DNA of 64,000 bases, from NCBI RefSeq assembly GCF_963853765.1, contig NC_088855.1:59644001-59708000 (forward strand). Direction: 5' to 3'. The position numbers and the translations under genes were made by a program. Position 1 is the first letter of the stretch. Each line of letters opens with the position of its first letter. This DNA is from Magallana gigas (taxonomy: Eukaryota). The notes beneath the pieces are model-generated. The model was not told the origin of the DNA, searched no databases, and saw nothing but the letters and a program-made list of their open reading frames with translations. Below, piece after piece: positions 26,422-39,667 of the stretch.

Positions 26422-29400
26422 TTAGAGCCAAATGCTTCCATACGCTTCGTTTGGTCTTCGCATTGATCGCTGCTCTGGTTGAGACGTCTTTGGTAGATCA
26501 GAGATTTGGACTTTGCTACATATCTCATTGCTTTCTTCAAATTCATCACTATCAAACATGTCATCACTTTCATCACTATAATCTTCATGTGACGTCATTT
26601 CCTTGGATACAACATTTTTACGAATTTGACTGTTGCACATTTTGACTTTGCTATATTCAACTTGTTCTAGCGGCACTGGTTTGTTGTTTTCATGAACCGG
26701 AGGAGGTGGTTGCACGCTCGTTGAATGTTGGATTGAAGCTTCATTATTTTCATAAAAGTTAGACTGTTGGGGATTCTGATCTGCTAAATGGTCTACAAAT
26801 GATAAAAATATCTATAGTACTATATTAAAATAATAGACTCGAATTTTTGGTCTTTAATACCGAGAAATCAGAAGAATACTGTCATTTGTTTTACACATTT
26901 TAAAGATCATCGGTACTTGAAGATTACCGATTTGTTTACATTTTTCTAAGTTAAGCTTCGCTAAGTAATAACCAACGAAAATTCCTCAAAACATCCCGGA
27001 AATCACCTGGATTTTTTGGATTTTACAATCTTGCGCTTGCGCAATACATTCACGCTAACAGGATCTTTAGTTTATGTTTCCACAATATCTCATCTGCATG
27101 AATAAACTCAGAAATGATAATACAAATACTGGTAAATTTTCATTGGACTTTTGATATATATTCTGTTCATATATATTAATGATTTCTTATAAGAGAAAGT
27201 ATAAAATAACAAATATACATTTTAACTAAGTACTTACTTTTGTCTTCGTGATGACAAAAAATATTTGATTACATGCAAAAAAGTTACATTAAATTTGTTA
27301 GGAGAGTGAAGATAGAATATGTTTTATGATAATCGTACGGACCCAGTTTTACAAAGAAAATACGTGTACGTTGGTGAAAAGGTGTTGAATTCTTCCATTC
27401 TATGGATTAAAATTTTTAGCTGAAAGGTATTTGCAGTCTCAAAAAGGTTTGTTCTGATGAACTTGGCTGTTATTTTCAAGGCAACTTCATTAACTTTCTC
27501 CAAAATCGATTCTGCAATTTTCTGCTACATTACGGGTAAAAGGGAGGCATTCTAACTGTGGTGAGGGCCTTTCCCAAGACACAGTTAGGATTATTCAAAG
27601 TAAGGAAAGTGTAGTGAAATTAATAGCAGTATTGTAGGCTAAAAGCTTTGTAATGTAAATGTTAATAATAAGGTGTGTCGATGTACCTATTTTGTAAATG
27701 TCCGATATGCAATGTCAACCCGTGCACGCACGGGTCAAAGTCTAGTAATATTATAAATATATTTAGTTGATACTTTGCACATGTGAATGGTAGATGAAAA
27801 CATAATTTGATTGTGAATCCTATTGAGGGTTTTATAAATCAATCATAACTTGTTCGGAACCGTTGCCTGCCGTATACCCTTAACATGATTAGGTTTGAAT
27901 ACCAAATGTTAATGTAAGAGGAAAACATAAATACTTTGTATTTTATATCCAATATAAAAATGGGTATAACAACAAGATTCTATAACCTTGATAACAGTCA
28001 TTGACCAAAACTTCACTATCAATTCTATTTATAATCCCCTAACATTTAATTAAAGCTATAAGACTGATCGAGTATTTATTCATATACAACTTCATGTTAG
28101 GAACCAAATGTAAAAACAAACAAAGGATTTTGTTTCTAAACTAAACATTTGATTTTGCATAGAAAAATGAAATATACCGATGATTCGTTCTTTGTCTTTT
28201 GTACTGAAAAAGGATAGATGCAATAATTATATATGATTTTGCTATATATGGCCTAAAATTTTCATGATTAACAAATAACTAGNNNNNNNNNNNNNNNNNN
28301 NNNNNNNNNNNNNNNNNNNNNNNNNNNNNNNNNNNNNNNNNNNNNNNNNNNNNNNNNNNNNNNNNNNNNNNNNNNNNNNNNNNNNNNNNNNNNNNNNNNN
28401 NNNNNNNNNNNNNNNNNNNNNNNNNNNNNNNNNNNNNNNNNNNNNNNNNNNNNNNNNNNNNNNNNNNNNNNNNNNNNNNNNNNNNNNNNNNNNNNNNNNN
28501 NNNNNNNNNNNNNNNNNNNNNNNNNNNNNNNNNNNNNNNNNNNTAAAACATAACAGACCACACACAGGAACAGAGGACAAATATTGACGATGTTCCAATA
28601 ACTATCCAGATGTTTCCTTCTACGAATTTTATAAGTTTTTTCTTTAGATCAGTATCCATACCTTCTAAATGAAAAAATAAAGCCAAATGCAAAAGGTAAA
28701 ACTATAAGCTTAAAGCACTTGATTCAAGGAAATTATAAATTTGATATTGTTAAGTGTAAGTAATCATATAAAAGGGGTAAATTGGTGCAGGTGTTAGTTA
28801 ATCATGCAAAATGAATTCTCATTGTTTTCACGACAAACGTCATTAGGAAACTTTGGAGGGAAATAAAATAGATTATATTGTATATAACAAATGAAAATTT
28901 GTTCTCAAAATACAAACAACATATCTTAATCTAATTGTTGAATGGTTGGCTTCTGAAAGTTAATAGTAAGCGAGAAAAACAAATGCTAACGAAATTCTTT
29001 ATTTTGTTTAGGATTGTTTGTGTATATATAAGCATTAATTACAAAGAAAAATACGAAATGCATTTTGTAGTGACACATTAAAACTTGTTAACGCATCACA
29101 TTACATATCAGCATTGTAAAATCTTGTCAAAATTTAGAAGCAAAATCAAATCCATTTCCCGTGTTGACATCTCATTGAATGTCTATTCTGAGGTTAACAT
29201 TAGACTTTTAGCTCCGCTCTACATTTGAAAGAATTTGATATACACAAACACAGTTAAGTTCATTATTCTCCTTCATCTAATCAATGAAAAACGTACCTCA
29301 CTAATATGTAATTTGTTTTTAAATGCCAAAGTTCAGTGGGTCTTCCCAATACAAGCTGATGTTGTTTACCTTTGTGAACTCGTTACCTTATATAATATCA

Positions 29401-30627
29401 CACGTCCGTGCCTCGCGTGTCACGTGACATAAATTTCTGTAAGCGTGTTTGTTGTTTCTTTGATGCCATTTAACTTTATCTACAGAATGCATTATTTGTA
29501 AGTACATTATTTGTAAGTACATTATTTGTACATTATTTGTAAAACGAATTTCATTTCAGTTTCTCACAATTGGTAAGAATTTGGTAAAATAAATAAAGTC
29601 ACGTGATACGTAAACCAGCCTTCTCTGATCTGCTTAATTCTTTTATATACATAATGTCTGTTGTTCCAAGGCCCACCTATTCTATCCATTTTTATCCATT
29701 GAAAGGATAGAGCCGCAAACAAAAACGAAATTCACTGTTAGAGGGTTTACAAAATCATCGATAATGCTTAATCATTACAATAAAAAAGTCCCAAGCGATC
29801 AACACTAATCAGGATTTGTCATATTTATTCACTATTATAAAAAGTATGGTAGATGTTCTATAATTCGTTGTATAAAAACGGCTGTTTTCATATATTATCA
29901 TTTTTTGACGTAAGAGCGTTATATTTAGAAATTAAACACACATCTGTAATATCCCGAGTTATATATATATAATAATTAATAAAATAACGGCTATCAAAGT
30001 TTTTCTTGTTTAAGCTCGTCACTCTGAAATAAAAATATGCATTGATTGTGCTTCAACACATAAATTAGTATCCTTCCTTATGCAAGAAGTATATTAAATA
30101 AAAATTTGTTTTACTATTAAATGTTATGGTACCAATGCAGTTCATACGACATTTGACTTTCCTTTACCTGGACAACTTCCTGATGTTTTATTACATGTCT
30201 CGTTACACTGTGGCGGGCACTTTTCCTTGCATAAAAGTCCATAAAATCCATCAGGACAAATTTCTGTACAGTTTTCTGTATGATAACCTGGAGGACACTC
30301 TACAGAAATCAAAGAAGCTATTATCTGTGAATTTTATCACAAATTCCACAATATGATGAATTTGTGTGAAATTCTGTGCTTAAAATTTTAAAATACCTAT
30401 ACAACTCCCCTGTATAAGTTGAAAACCTGCACAGCAAACGTTTTCTCTGTAAAATAGAATAGAAATCAAAACTCAGCTGAGAATATCCGGAAAAGTAAGG
30501 TTGCTTTATATAGTCTGGCAGACGCCATAGTAACTTACCCACACATATTCGGGATATCAGTGACAGTATTGAGACAAACATAGACTCCAAAAAACAAAAA
30601 TAGCAACACTCTTATACTGTTCTCCAT
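26422..30627 (-). CDS. EGF-like type-I membrane receptor, copy D
   Basis: Exons 30627-30539, 30446-30397, 30299-30168, TM exon from 28661 running into the gap, 28203-28178, 26792-26422; tail has FYEN, VEYSKV and AYGSIWL. Confidence 0.75.
26811..27745 (+). mobile_element. Non-autonomous Helitron in the last intron of copy D
   Basis: 5-prime TC, 3-prime hairpin cccgtgcacgcacggg (27719-27734) then CTAG, inserted at A|T with no TSD; absent from the paralogous intron of copy C. Confidence 0.85.
28283..28543. other. Assembly gap (N run)
   Basis: N characters. Confidence 1.
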
Positions 30628-32468
30628 ACTCTACTGTTATGATCTTTTTTTGTTGATTAACTAACTTCCAAATGTAATTTATCCTGGTGTAACTTTGTGG
30701 TATTTACACGAACAGGAAATTAAATTGAGTTTCCTTCTCTATGAAAACATATGCATGAAATTGTCTCTATAGTTCAATCCTTGATTTATATGAGACCGAT
30801 GAAATGAAGAAAATATCAATACGAAACAAAACAAGAAAGCAAATAGTAGCCTGTTGTATCATTTTGATATCTAGGAGGCAACTGTCTTTTCTCTAACTTA
30901 AACAAAACGGTTGCTTGTTAATGTCTCTGGAGTAAAACATATTAAGGTACCGTAAGAAAAATCCAAACAATACAAATATAAAAAAGACAGTATCAAACTT
31001 GATATAGCAACATTGAAGCTCTTATCTTACAATTATTTAGTGATTACATTTGGCTTCGAAAAACACTCCCAAAGAATTTTTTTTTACCTTGTCATTCAAA
31101 TACCTGTATTTCATCTTATATAAACAGTATGCCATTATACATGCCATTCAATCAATCATCCAGAACAAAACAAGTTCAAGATTAGATTTTTATTTAAAAA
31201 TGAGTATAAACGAGATTTTGTAAACAAGACATGTATATCATACATCATAGGTTGCCTTTTTAACAATTTGATTCGAATGCAAACCTTATAAATCTGTTGA
31301 TGTCTTAATTCATTTTAGTAATCTAAAGTCATATTGAAAAAGCATATTTCCTCTTCTCAACGTTAAAGAAAAATATTAAGGTTAATCACACAGTAATGGA
31401 TTTAACGTTTATATACGCTATACGCCTTTGACTTAACTTATAACTTACTCAAGAATATGTTTAATAGTATATCTGTCTTAAATTTCGAAGTAAGTCAGGA
31501 ATGCATTTGAGATTTATTAATTTTCATCTTAAATACAAATGCATTTGGTTAGGTCAATTAAGATAGATTATAATTATATCAAGCAAATTTTAAAACTATT
31601 ACAAATCAAGCCTTTTACATTTCATGTGTTTTGAATTTTAAGAGAGTTCGATGGTCGTGGCCATTTTTAGACTCTATTTATCTTCATCAGAAGAAGAGTT
31701 GTATATAAAGATAAAGGAAAACATTCAAATTATGAAGCTGAAATATTTTTATTTTTTCTTTACTAGATGACAGACTATGGTTATAAATATCATAGGTAAA
31801 TTTTAAAGAAAGGTCTGATTGATAATATATGTACCATTCTGAATAATATACATCACGTACGTGAAAAATTCAATGATATTAATTGATTTACATGTAAATT
31901 ACAATAGCAATTATTTAGGAAAATTTAGATAATTTATAAGATATAAAGCAAATTTAATAATCATTACAAATAATGCCTCTTCCTTCTCGTGTTTGGTTAT
32001 ATCTTTAATTGTATATACCATGTGCAAATTAAATGACATGTTAATGGCCGCACAGCTGTCTATATTTTTTTGTAGCTTTGTATGTCCTCGTCGTATAGGC
32101 TCTTTGCACCAATAGACATTAAAACACTTCACATTCTGAACATATTTCAAAAACATATCATTTTCATTGACATTACTTATTTCATTTCATGGCGCTCTAT
32201 ATCATATTGCTTTAGTCATTTTGATTGCTTAATTTTGTTAAGTATATTTACCAAGCTAAACACTCAATTGATTATTTCAGAAAAAAGGATGATACGTCTC
32301 TTGTAACAAACACATCATTCTCTATTTAGTCGATGTCCGGGATTGCTTCACGGAAAAAACAGCTTGGACCGATAATGCAAAAGCTAGGCACGATTTGTGT
32401 ATATTTCCTATGTCACATTACTCCATCACTCACGCATAATAAAATACATGAATTGACACTAACAATAT

Positions 32469-35400
32469 AAACAAGAGGCCCAATGGGCCACATCGCTCAC
32501 CCGAGCAACACTGGCTTTATATGGGCGTTCAAAGGATATTGTGCCATATGGCCCTTGGTAGATTAACCAAAAAAGAATATCCGAATTTTACACTTATTAT
32601 TTTTGCATCTACTTAATCTTTGACATATTTACCTTTATGGAATACCTATTTTACCGAAAATAAGATCTTATGCGATGTAACTAACTAAAATATCAGTTAG
32701 TGTTCACGGTTAACTTCCAGTTCCCTTTATTTTAGACCCCCCCCCCATCACTTTATGAAACGATTAAAATACATGAGAGCGTTAAGGTTCATTTTCTCCC
32801 TCCACTACTTACTAGTAATTGTGTATTGGCAGGCATGTCGCTCTATTGTACCGAGGCCCACTCATTATTTTCATCTTTATTAAAAAAACAACAAATGTCT
32901 ACAAACAAAGATGATTTTCCGTTGCAATAATTTTTTATGAACAACAATAATGCTTTAATCCTCATAATAATAATGTGTCAGGACTATGGAAACTGTTTAA
33001 AATACGTCGTTTTATTTTACTTGTTTTCGAAAAACTATCAAAATTTTGTGTAGATTTTATGCAATTCAATTAAGAAGGGATACCAGAAAGTATTTACAGC
33101 ATTCCATCCTTCTATTTATCGGCCAAAATTTCAGCGTCAATCGTAGAAATATAAGCAAGAAACGTAGCTTCGTTTGAGTCATGCTTTTGTTCACACGAGT
33201 TTATTACATTCAACTTAAGATTTTTAAACTTTGTATTTCCTATAAATTGGGTCATTATCAAAATATGCAGACTTTGGAAAAATGAAAAACATGAGAAAAT
33301 TATTGCTGAAAAAATTACTTTGATTGCAAAAAACACATTTAACAAACAATGAAGTATAACATCTGAAAATTTGCAAACATTGGAATCTACCATTTGGTTG
33401 ATAATTAGACCGTAATTTAATGAACTGTGAACATGTTGTCAGTGGTGTAACAGGTATATAGTATAGGAAAAAATTCTTAAATAAAATAAAATAATTCTTT
33501 TAAAATGATGGACATAAGGTTTATATCAACAAAATTCATTTAAAGTTATTAGAATTAGATAACAGAAAATATTTGACACATTTACATTATGACCAACATA
33601 ACATTTGAGACAAAGTCTTGATGTTACTCAACAAATTTTTAATTTGAGCATTAAAAAGAACACAACTGGATTTTTCTTTCAATGGAGCATAAAAAAGACA
33701 TTAATATAAATGCACTGGTGTTTTCAAATATACATGTATTATTGTCAGTTAATTTTATTTGGAGAAAAATGTACATGTTACACCACTGATTTTTATGTTT
33801 TACCACTGACATAAAAGTTACACCACTGACCTAGCGATAATAAATAAGAGATAAGCGGGTTAAATTTTGTAAAATAAACTAATTTCTATTTTTGATTGCA
33901 TTTAAAACGTGATAAATTTGATCTTAAATAAAAGTTTTCGTGCCTCATTCTTTCATAATCTGAAGATAGACACACTGTTACACCACTTATAATCAGTGTT
34001 ACACCACAGACGGAAAAATTGCATGTAGATGTTGTTTTACATGAATTCACTCATTCTTTGATGTTATATTTTTTACTATTGGCATCCACACACTTTTATC
34101 CACCTTGTACCGAGTTCGAACTTTCTTTGCCTCATCAATCTCACAAACAACATCGTCAATACTATACCAGCTTATATCAATCATACATTTTGGACAATTA
34201 AATTGAATTTTCTCCAATTTTCTCCAAAATCAGTGCATACACGCATATACACTTTCTGTTTGTCTATATATGTTTGTTGAAGTTCAGCTAGCATTTGTTA
34301 CCTTTAAGCATTTGAAAGATTTTAGTATAACATAATTGGGTATGTGAAATGTCAGTGGAATAACATATCTTATAATACAATATAAGTCATTAAAAAGTTT
34401 GATTTTTTAATAAAAATAAAATGTGGATAATTTCATTTCTTTATTAGAATAAATTTGTTTTTACTTTTATCTTTTAATCAAGTATTTAAATGAGTAAAAC
34501 ATAATTAGAGCATACAAAATGTCAATGGTGTTTCAAATAATGTCAATGGTGTAACAGGTCTCATTTTCCAGATTAAGAAAACACAATTGCAATTAAATAG
34601 TCAAGCTTTCTTTATTGTGACAGTTTCTGCAACTTGTAAAATTGATAAATAACAACTGTTCAAAATGCTCAAAATATAAATGAAATAGAAGAAAAAGTAA
34701 AATAATTAAATAATGTCATGTGGTGTAACAGTTTTTTCAGTGGTGTAACAACAATTTTTGGTTACACCACTGACCGTTATACCACTGATGTATCCATAGT
34801 AAATGTAGCAGTATCTCCCAAGAGAACAGATACTACACAAAGCTACATAGCCTATGTTATAATGTGATAAACATTCATCATTTATGTGAAAAACTTTTTT
34901 GTTCTTTCATAATAGAAAACCTTAAATAGCACGTTATCCCACTGACACAGTTTACATTGTATTTTTCGGAGCATACTAACATTTTCTGCCATATTTTCTA
35001 TCACAATGATGTCATCACTGATACATTTATCTTTTTAGTAGCAGGGAATGATGTCACTATGATCTGGGGGATTCCAACTGTAGTACAATATTATTTACTT
35101 GATGTATTTTAAGATATTTTTATATAATTTGCCTTGTAACACCAATGACAAAATTTTTTTGTACACAGTTTACATTGTATTTTTCGGAGCATACTAACAT
35201 TTTCTGCCATATTTTCTATCACAATGATGTCATCACTGATACATTTATCTTTTTAGTAGCAGGGAATGATGTCACTATGATCTGGGGGATTCCAACTGTA
35301 GTACAATATTATTTACTTGATGTATTTTAAGATATTTTTATATAATTTGCCTTGTAACACCAATGACAAAATTTTTTTGTACAAGCATACATCTCATCAA

Positions 35401-36877
35401 ATTCATTGTTTTTAAAAGAGAACTTGTTAAGGAGCATAGCAGAAATTAAAATATGAATGTTGTTTTGAAAATAAACAGTGATTTTTGGAATAAAACATCA
35501 ATATTATTGAAGATATTGTAGGTTAAAGACGTTGGAAAAATTTAATGACAACATAAATTCACTGAAATCTCATAACAAATAATTTTTTTTTATACTTTAA
35601 GCAGTAAAATTGTCGATTTTTTTGTTCAACAATGTAGGTTTAAGTTTCTAAAATCCAATGGTACTGTATATATTCCACAGAACATTATTTTTCCCCATTT
35701 AAATTGACACTGACACAAAAGGCTGCATATTTTGATAATGACCCATTTAGCATAGCTGCATTCAAAATAAAAACGAACTAAATCATGACCTCAGCTTTGT
35801 GTACAAACATACAGTAGCATTGTGCGCAAAGCTCTGTATCTTGCTTATACTTCGAAGCTTGACTCTCAGATTAGAAAATAGAAATTAGTAAACAATTAAA
35901 ACAAGAGAAAAATGCACTTAAACAAAGAAAAAAAACACAATTTATTTTTCATTATATATATACTTATATGATTCTAGCAGCAAGATTAATCTCTGTTTAG
36001 ATTGAAATTGCTGAGCATCTTAATAAAACATGTTGCATTAATCAACCATTACGTAGAGATCGTACCAAATTACAATACATGTACCAACATAATGAATAAT
36101 AGTTTATTATATGTTGTTAGTGCATCAGATTTTGCGCAGGTACATGTCAAAAATCAGCTGACTGATTTACCGGTCTACACGTAAAAATTTTAAATTCTGA
36201 AATAGAAACAATGGTTCCTCTCAAGTTAAAAAAAAAGAAACTATAAACATGTTAAACGAAAATCAAAACAAGCTAAAACCACCGTCACAAATGAAAATGT
36301 CAACGCATTGAAATATTTAATCTCAATTTACTTCACATAGACGGCACAACTATATTTTTGATGTATCAAATATTCCCTTAGCATGCAAACTGTTGCACAA
36401 CAAGCAAATTCATCTCCGTTCAAGATGGCTACTTCTAACATAGACCAGTCCTCGAAACTGGATTTCGATATACGAAATATCGAGCCCGAAGTTAAATTGA
36501 TTGACCCCCATTCTCTCTGTCTTATTATTATTTTCGTAAATTACTCAAATTTGAAACAGAATTAGCCCTTGATTTCCTTCCCATAAGGATGATTTATGCT
36601 AGATTACGTAGAATTTGACTCAGTAGTTCTTGAGAATAAGATTTTAAAAAATGACCCCCTCCCCCTTTTTCTACTTTTCGAGGTCTTCTCCACCTTGAAT
36701 AAAGATCGCTCTTTCATTTCTGCAATTTATATTTGTCTTCCCATAAGGATGCTTTGTGCCAAATTTGATTGAAATTGGCCAAGCGGTTTTAGAGAAGTTC
36801 AAAATGTTAAAGGTTTATAGACGGACAGACAGACAGACAGACAGACGAACGGACGACGGCCAAAATGTGATCAGAAT

Positions 36878-36910
<33 letters not shown>
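32469..36910 (+). mobile_element. Large composite non-autonomous Helentron (HINE) with nested content
   Basis: Same aaacaagaggccc start and gctcaggtgagctaa end as 3246-4670; (ACAG)n near the 3-prime end; the paralogous empty site is visible at about 22395. Confidence 0.75.
34945..35383. repeat. Near-perfect 218-bp tandem duplication
   Basis: acacagtttacattg... starts at 34945 and again at 35163. Confidence 0.9.
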
Positions 36911-37619
36911 TAAATTATTGCAAAGTAGCATGGTAAACTTTTTAATTTGAACTTTGAGCATCGATAATCCTAAGCATTAGGTAAAATATCTTTACCAATT
37001 CTAACATTCCTTAATACCTCCTCTTGGGTCTGACCAGTTTTTTGTGGTTTTTTGGCTTAATGGGGTTCAATGTTTGTGGGTAACCAAAATTTTCTTGGTT
37101 CGTGGAGACTTTATTTCGTTGGAAGTACATGTATAATCATGATAATTTTAATAAATATTTTAAAAATGTGTATAGGTTCGTGGAGATGTATATTCGTGGA
37201 CAGTCAAGTATTACCCACAAAAACCACGAACATTGCCCCCCCCCCCCCCCCCCCCCCCCCACCGATGATGATTCCACAGTATACTTATGTTTGGACTTTC
37301 TGTGACATTTATTCGCAGTCAGTCAATATCGGATTCAAATATTTTGAGAACATCCATACATTAAAAATTAAGTTAAAAGGTTCAGACACTCTATGTTAAA
37401 TACGTGTTTCGTACCTTATCAAGACATGTGAGCATACTACCCTGATTGATTCTACTTTTGAATCGATTATATTGTAAACTTTGGGGTGTTTTAATTAAAA
37501 GTGAATGTAGTTCTTATGATCATAACCGGGACCTTGAGAGAATTCGATTTGAAAGTAAAGCTTAAGATTATCTTTAAGAAACAAAGAAAAAGCTAGCATA
37601 TTTCATATGGAAAGGGATA

Positions 37620-39380
37620 AGGTAAGGACAACTTTTTGCAGGCTATTTAGATAATTTATCGTGGTGGTTTTAGCAATATAATATGAATGATGTATATTTA
37701 TTAAAATTAAAAAATATGAAATTTATTATTGATTGAACTAATATGATGATAAAAAAAATTCAAACAATAGATTTTGCAAGGATGTATTACAATAATGGAG
37801 ATCAATTATTGATGTGCAAAAAGGAAATTGTGATAGAATGTTAAATGAACAAAAATCGACAAAAAATCAGTTTTCTTAAAGGATTTATTTAAATTATGTT
37901 TTTATGTGGGGATATGTATGAAAATGACAATTAGATGTTTAGGTATAATGAGTTGAAAAACAGATTCAATTTAAAAACAAATTTTGTTCAATATCTCGGT
38001 CTAACAAAAGCAATTCTGTGAAAGGATTATATTAACAGTTAACCAAGAATTGTAATACTGATTACCCAAATACAGTAGCAATATTCTGTAGATCGACGAA
38101 TTATTGTAGTGACATGTACAGCCTCTTAAAGCTGACATGAATTCATAAAAGCATTTGGTCGCCATATTAGTTTCGATCGCTCCTCTACTGCCGCTGGGGT
38201 ATATGTACCGGTTGAGAAAGTTACGGTCCGTTGCTTTCCGATCGAGGCATTCAGGTTGCTAGGACTTCTAAATGCATGAACTACACATTGTAGTAAAATG
38301 TTTGTAATAAAGAATAAAGGAAACAACAATCAATAAAATACAAAATATATTTATTCTTTAAAAGAATTTCCAATGTATCCGTATTATTTTGAACAGATAG
38401 TGCTGCCTTACTTCGTATGCACATCGAACACGTGTGTCGTTCATATAGAGTGAATAACGTCTGCATCTTTTTGAAAACCCCTGCGGCACTACATCCAACA
38501 CAGTAGATAAACGATAGTTAATCTAAGAAAGTAACAACGGAACATCGTTTCCACCGGTCTCTACCAAAAAAAAAACCGCTGCGTTTCTAAAAGCCATGCA
38601 AACATTCACATTGCTAGATCTGTCTCAGTGTGTGGTTTGCACATGTGGGATGGTATAACATACACACGGAAGCGGTCTACAATTATCGAAGATTTTTTAA
38701 GTATCTGTGTCTGGATTTCAGTCTGTCTTGTTTCGTCGTTCATTGGATATTCCTTGCTAGTGCAGTGGTTATCATTTTATTTTTGTTCAAATCGCGTTTC
38801 TACACGTCTTTTCGACCAAGGTAACGTGTTCGGGTGTATGAAAATCCTGAATGCAGTGAAGCATGAATAGTGCTCTCGGTCTTATATAGGGGGTGTATAG
38901 CGATGAGCAGAACAATAAAAATCCACAACTAATGTGGCGGTTGTCGGAGATAAAAGGGAAATAATGCGTATTTATGAATTCATATTAGCTTTAATATCAA
39001 AGAAAAGAACCTATCCAAAATCTGGAACAAAATGGATGTCAGAAATCGAATTAACTCAAAAACAATGGAGGAAAATTTATAATCTGCCCTTTAAGTGCAA
39101 AAGGATTCTTTGAATTTTTCCTTTTCTTTTTTTTTCTAAAAAGAAAACATTTTCACATATATTATATACCACTATTTGTTCAAATTATATTGTAACTCTT
39201 CTGAGGAGTAATATATATATATAGGTACATATACTTTATATCAAAATATTGAATGTATCTATCAAACGAATACTATAGATGTATACGTATACCTTGCAAC
39301 ATATATCTATGTTTATGCGCAATACTTATACTCTGGTACGTGAATATGTGAAAGTTCAATAAAAACACAAAATTAAAGAA
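37620..39380 (+). mobile_element. Degenerate L1/Tx1-type LINE 3-prime fragment interrupted by a DNA transposon
   Basis: Remnant peptides FNLKTNFVQYLGLTKAI and KQWRKIYNLPFKC on either side of the 38130-38990 insertion. Confidence 0.5.
38130..38990. mobile_element. Kolobok-like non-autonomous DNA transposon
   Basis: TTAA on both flanks (38126-38129, 38991-38994); TIRs agctgacatgaattcataaa / tttatgaattcatattagct. Confidence 0.7.
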
Positions 39381-39667
39381 AATCATTTTGCCTATTGTTT
39401 GCTTTATTTGCAATATTTACAAAGTTTTAAAGCTGATTCAAACTTTGGAAAATACATCATGTTAAATTAAATAAACTTTTGACACAACGCTGGCTTCAGA
39501 TCTTTGGTCTCTAATTTACAATACCTTTTTTTAAATTATTTTTTATATGATAATACCATCGATTACATCAGTGGCTTTACTTTACAATGCATGACTGTTG
39601 ATAAATAATTGGATTTGTCAGCAAACGGTTACAAAACTGAATACGTTGAGACTAACGTCCTTCAGTA

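Noticed and set aside
38628-38870. Hydrophobic plus-strand ORF as a possible membrane protein
   Set aside because: Inside the TTAA-flanked non-autonomous element, with no splice or domain support
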